A stretch of 64,000 nucleotides of DNA from Saprolegnia diclina VS20 (lineage: Eukaryota): positions 222,557-286,556 of the forward strand of contig NW_008246104.1 in assembly GCF_000281045.1 (NCBI RefSeq). The letters are read 5' to 3'. The notes under the pieces are model-generated. The model saw nothing but the letters and a program-made list of their open reading frames with translations. It did not search any database and was not told where the DNA came from. Of the stretch, positions 58,683 through 64,000 are shown piece by piece. The position numbers and the translations under genes are program-made. Position 1 is the first letter of the stretch, and each line of letters opens with the position of its first letter.

Positions 58683-61533
58683 ATGGCACGGCGTCGCGTC
58701 GAGATCAGCGTCCATGACCCGCTCGCGCAGGACGACGACGCGCCGGACGAGGTGACCTTGAGCACGACGACCCACATGGAGATGACGCTGGACGAGATGA
58801 ACATTGAGCTCGAGCTGCAGATCGACTCGGATGGCATCGCGCGGTCCTTCTTCGAGTGCGCAGGTAGACGACGAAGAAGCATGCCATGGGTACCAAATAT
58901 GATGACATGAGTAGCGGAAGGCAACGTCGAGACGCTTCGCATCCTCCTCATGACCGACCCGAGCGGCGAGCTCCTCAACTCGGTCGACGTTGACGGCTTC
59001 TCGGCGCTCATGATCGCCGCAGGTAGACAACAAGAACCCTCCTCCATCTCTACGTCTCGGATCTCAACCATGATGCAGCGGAGGGCAACTCCGAGGTTGT
59101 TCTGGAGCTGCTTCGGCTCGGCGCGGATGCCAACCTGCGGACGTTTGAGCTCAAGAGCGCAGCGCTCCATTTTGCAGCCAAGGTCGCCCCTCCTTCCGAC
59201 CTCGACCCTCACATACATGTAGAATGGCGACCCGGTCATCGTGGAAGAGATGTGCAACCATACCAAGCAGATTGACTTTTGGAATGTGAACGCAGGTAGA
59301 CTCTCGTACCAATATGGTCCTAGGATGCATGGATACGGTAGACACGCCGCTGGTGTGGGCCTGCATCGAAGGCCGGGACGAAGCCGTCCGCATCTTGCTC
59401 GACCATGGCGCTGATCCGCGCGTGAAGAACCACTTTGATGCGACGACGCTCATGTGCGCGACGATGCTGGGCGACGATGCGACCGAGGGCATCGATGCGT
59501 GCCGCAAGAACATTGTGGCCATGCTGCTCCAGGCGTGCGTCTTCAACTGATCAGTAAGGAGTGTTTCTACCTGGCACGCTAGGTGCCCCGAGATGGTCAA
59601 CGCCCAGGACCGCGATGGGACGACCGCGATGCACTTGGCCGCGTCCTGCGGCTACCTGCAGTGCGTCCAAAAGCTCTTGGCGCACGGCGCCGACATTACG
59701 ATTCGGAATGCGATTGGGCAAACGCCGCTCGAGGTATGGCATGCCGTGTAGATGCATGCGATGATTCTAATAGGAGGCCGAGCTCACGGGGTGCAACGGC
59801 AGCGAGCGCTGTGTCGAGTACCTCCAGTCGCGCTGGCTTGTGCTTGAAGAGGAGGCCAAAGCCCGCATGATGACAATGCTCGAGATGGAAGACAGCCAAG
59901 CGACGACGACCCCAAAGAAAGCGAGCGCCAACAAAAAGAAAAAGAAGGCGAAAAAAGCTGCCCAGAAAAAGACCCGAGCCAAGAGCGCAGTGACGTTGGC
60001 GATCGACGGTCCGGACTCGGACGACGACGAAGATGCGACGATGGACACTCCCGCACCGTCGCCGACGCCTGCCACGTACTTCCTTCCATACTGCACAATG
60101 CACACGTAGTGGTATGCTAGGAAACCGTGCGAGACGGACGATGAGAACGCGATGGCGTGGACGACCGTGAGTCGCAAGCCTGCGCCAAGCGCCAAGACCG
60201 ACAAGAAAAAGGACGGCGACGCGTCACCAACGGCCCCAAAGCTCGCGACGGCCACCAAGGCGCAGGCCAAGCCAACGACCCCCAAACGTCCGATGAAAGA
60301 GGTTGCGCCAACTCCCATGAAGACTGCTGTCGTGGCACATACGCTGGAACCACCAACGACCGCCATCGATGCGCCCGATGCTCTAGAAGCTGTCGTCTCG
60401 GAAGCAGTCGTGCCAGAAGCCGACGTACCAGAAGTCGTCGTACCAGAAGTTGTCGGACACGAGACCATCGCACCAGAATCACCGGTGGCAGCGCCAGCCA
60501 GCCACAAGGACCCCACCAACGACTTCCCACCTGCACGTGATAGCACGCTCCTCCAGAGTCCACCGATGGTCGAGAGCGAGTCGGAAGACGATGGGACACC
60601 GGATTTTCTCATGCGCTTGCCCTCGCTCGACGCGACGCCGTCGTCGCCTGAGACGGCCCCCACGCCCTTCTCCACGAGTGATCACGTAAGCACCCTGTCG
60701 CCCGTGAGCCAGCTCTTCCAGCCGAGCTACACGCCATCGCCGTTTCTTCGTCCTCGACCCATGGTAACACCTCATCTATTGGACCAAGTACTCACGCGGC
60801 ATGTAGTGGGGACGCTTTAGTTCGTCCGAGGCACGGTCGTACCGTCGACAGCCCGTGTCTCGTGGTGTAACCAAGCCCAAACTCTCATGGCTCGACCCAC
60901 TACCGGTTCACGTACGGGACGCACTTGGCATGCTTGCGTGCGGCTTTTGCGCCGATCTCGTCTCGGAGAACGTGCAATGCACGGCCTGCACGCAGCTCTA
61001 CTGCCACCTCTGCGTCCCCGCGCCCACGTTTGCGTACGCTATTTATTATCGAGATTTTACATCATTTGGTGTGTGGCGCTGTAGATGTGTGCGCTGCGGA
61101 CACATTCTCATGCGCTCCGAGATGAAGCACAACGCGTTCGCACAGGCGCAAGCGGCGTCCGTCGGGCTCTTGGCGACGACGCCGTCGACGACGCCGGAGG
61201 ACGCAACTCCGCGCCCGACGATCGACGAGCTGCAGACACGCTTGTATGTGCAGGAGCCCATGGCCGAGCAGGTCGCGCTGCACCCAATGGGTCTTGTGCC
61301 GGGCCAAGACGCGTACTTGGCAACCTGCAGCATGGCCCAGCTCGACGTGCTGGAAGACCTCCACTACACGGTAGCTAACGACACCGATGCGCAACTGATA
61401 AGAGGGGTAGGGTCTCCGCGCCATCAACACGACGCGCATGGAGTGGATCCGCAGCCAAGAGCGCATGAAGTACGAAGAAGAGCTCAAGACGACGCAGAGC
61501 GTCTACTCGCTCTACCACCACCCACAACAATAG
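58683..61533 (+). CDS. Ankyrin-repeat protein with low-complexity linker and C-terminal RING-like Cys cluster; spliced
   Basis: DGFSALMIAA, SALHFAAK, DTPLVWACIEG...LLDHGADP, DGTTAMHLAASCG; CGFC...CTAC..LYCHLC...CVRC; stop TAG 61531-61533. Confidence 0.8.
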
Positions 61534-61573
61534 CCACAGACAACACAATAGAGCGTGCTCTGTACAACGATTA

Positions 61574-63662
61574 CTACAAGTGCACCGGCTTGGAGACGGT
61601 CGCGGGAAAGCCATTGCTTGCGCGTGGCAGCCGCGCCTGCGGTGGTCGCTCGAGCGCGTACCCGGAATGGCCCGTGTAGCGGTCGGACACGCGCTCCACG
61701 ACTGGCGACGTGGGGTGGAGTGGCCCGGGGTACCGGTCGTAGGTCGGGTCCGAGTAGCGTTCGAGGGCCATCGGGCTCGTATCGGGCGACGCCCCGGGGT
61801 ACCGTTCGAGGTCGTAGTTTTGCGGCACAGCCTGCGAGAGCTGGCCCATGCGTCTTGCGTGGTACTGGTACGCCTCTTGGAGCATTCGCACGCCGCGCTC
61901 GGCCTTCATGCGCTTCGCTTCGCGTGCGCGGTCCTTCATCTTGTTTAATAAATAGCTGCACAAGACAATATTAGCTCCACGGCCATGTCCACCCAAGTGT
62001 ACCGGAAGGCGAGGACGACGTAGTCGCGTTCGCTCTCACAACTCATTTCGAGGTCGAGCGTCCGCGCCGCCGTAACGAGCGAGACGCAGTGCTTGGCATT
62101 CGACTTTGGCGCCAACCGCAGAAAGACCGGGGTGCCATGCCCGAGCCGGAGCTCCTTGACCTAGTGCCCATTGGTGCATATCTTGTGGTCGACAAGAAGC
62201 ATACCTCTTGGAGGAGGATTGAGCCGCCGCTCTTGCCCTTCCACGTCACCTCGCCGTACTTGTCGAGGCTCAGCTGTGTCTTGTGCGGCTTGCCCTTGCG
62301 GCCGTACTTGGCCACGACCAACGAGCCGAGCTTCTTCATGATGAGCGTCTCGACGTGCGCCGCCGCCTTCTTTTCATTCTCGTAAGCTTGGGCGACCATG
62401 AGATCAAAGCTCCGCCGCAGCCTAGACGATATGAGCTACCTACGATCGTATCGTCCATTCTTGTACCAGTCGCACTCGAGCGGGTTGCGCACAACCAGGT
62501 CGAGCGACCGTGTCGGCGTAATGAGCGAGAGGCAGCAGCGCGGGTCCAACGGCGTTGCCTTCTTGTCGGCCTTGGCAGCAGCTTTGCGGAGCACCTCGGA
62601 CGCAAAGCCAGTCTGCACGGCAATGACTGTCGAGAGCGAAATGCTCTTCTCCTTCTTCTTTGTGAGCGGGTGCAGCACGTTCTGGAGCTGCATGCCGAGC
62701 TTGGGCGTCCACCGGATCGTGTCAGCGTTCTCAACAATGAGCTGCGTGGCGTGCGGCGACCCTTTCCGGCCGTACTTGACTACGTTGAGGCCCGAGACGC
62801 ACTGGACAGCGATGCGAAACTCGGTCAGCTTCCGCCCGAGCTGGTCGCGCAGTACGGCTTGGGCGTCCGAACGCTGCTTGGCTTCGCGAATAATGTATTG
62901 ACAAATGAGCCACCGCAACGAGTGGGCTTCGAGCGCTAATCACACAACTTGACGCGAGGCCGACGACGAGGATGTACCTGTGAGCTGCTTGCGCTGCACG
63001 CCGTACGCCACGTAGCTAAAGTACGACGGCGCCCACTTGCACGAGAGACAGTCGATCATGTTGGCGCGGATGACGGCCCGGACGATCGCGCTGCCGTGGC
63101 GACCCGAGAGGAGGCGGCGCGGGTCCATGTGTACGTCCCGCAGGCGCACCAACGCATTTGGCTCGCGCAATTCTTGGTCGTCGTCGCTGTCGTCGTCGAC
63201 ATCAAACGACCGAAGCTTGGCGCGCGGCGAAAAGACCTTGACGGCGAGCGCGACATTCCCCGCGGGCGACGACACGAGCGAGAAGCTCGAGCTCGACGAC
63301 GCCGACGACGTCTTGCGTTCGCGCGACTCGTCAAAGAGGCGGACGGCGCGGCTGCGTAGCGTCTCTTTCAGTGCGCGGAGGTGGTTCTCACGCTTCCCGC
63401 TGAGCGGCTTGGCTGGGTTCTCACTTGCGAGCACGACGGTCTTCATGTGGTCACGGCTGCCTCGCCGAAAGACGTCAAAGACAGAGGTGGCAGGTTTGGG
63501 GACAGAGGGAGTCGTTGTGGAGCGGGGCGTCTCGCCGGCCTAGACAACTGAGAACTTATTGGTCCCGTAGTCGATTCGACCAGCTCGCACCTCCTTCTCT
63601 TGCTCCCACGGCGGGCGTCGACTCGGAAATGCTGCGCTTTTTATGGTTTCGTGTCTCTCCAT
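61574..63662 (-). CDS. Protein with two PH-like domains (KYGRKGxPH repeats); spliced
   Basis: GLNVVKYGRKGSPHATQL...CCLSLITPTRSLDL and GSLVVAKYGRKGKPHKTQL...CVSLVTAARTLDL. A first exon MERHETIK... splices in frame through intron 63540-63590. Confidence 0.78.
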
Positions 63663-64000
63663 ACAAACACCAAGACAACATAAACCCGACGCAATTAAGC
63701 GCTGCGTGCCACGCTGGCGACGCCGCCGTTATCCGGACGACCATACAAAAGGGCAATGTGTGTATCCGGACAACCCGATCTTCCATGTGGTCAGTGGGAT
63801 CGAAAGCGTTCGACGGCCTGTCCACCTGCAATGCTCATCCGCGCAGGAACAGCCAGCGTAGCAAGCTGAGAAAGCTATGCACGAGACACCAAGCAAGGCT
63901 GCCAAGGGCTAAGATTGGGAAGGCGCTACGAGAGATGCAGGTGCCACGAGCGCGATCGATCTGGCCCTATCTCGCATCTATCCATTTACTCTTGTCGTCG

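Overview
Gene-dense eukaryotic DNA, almost certainly an oomycete and most likely Saprolegniales (Saprolegnia/Achlya-like). This rests on GC-rich codons, very short (~40-55 nt) GT-AG introns, oomycete INR+FPR core promoters and oomycete-type gene families; the species cannot be fixed from sequence alone. I can support 25 protein-coding genes, one tRNA-Arg(CCG), three N gaps and a few tandem repeats; gene models were spliced by eye. Housekeeping genes: Cdc14, Vps23/TSG101, DDX19/Dbp5, Rpn11, enkurin. Best leads: (1) three paralogues of a PH-like + Zn-ribbon + DUF1399/GRDP + Gly/Cys-repeat-tail protein, two of which form a ~2.1-kb inverted repeat around a 16-kb block and differ mainly in one hypervariable patch; (2) a co-oriented Myb-Myb-MATE-MATE-CYP7/8-like P450 run that may be a sterol/oxylipin module; (3) a secreted multi-PAN/apple protein fused to a PIG-L/LmbE-type deacetylase; (4) a strongly diverged, intron-rich SMC2-like gene; (5) a predicted mitochondrial choline-monooxygenase-like Rieske oxygenase. 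No intact transposon, CRISPR array or rRNA was seen.
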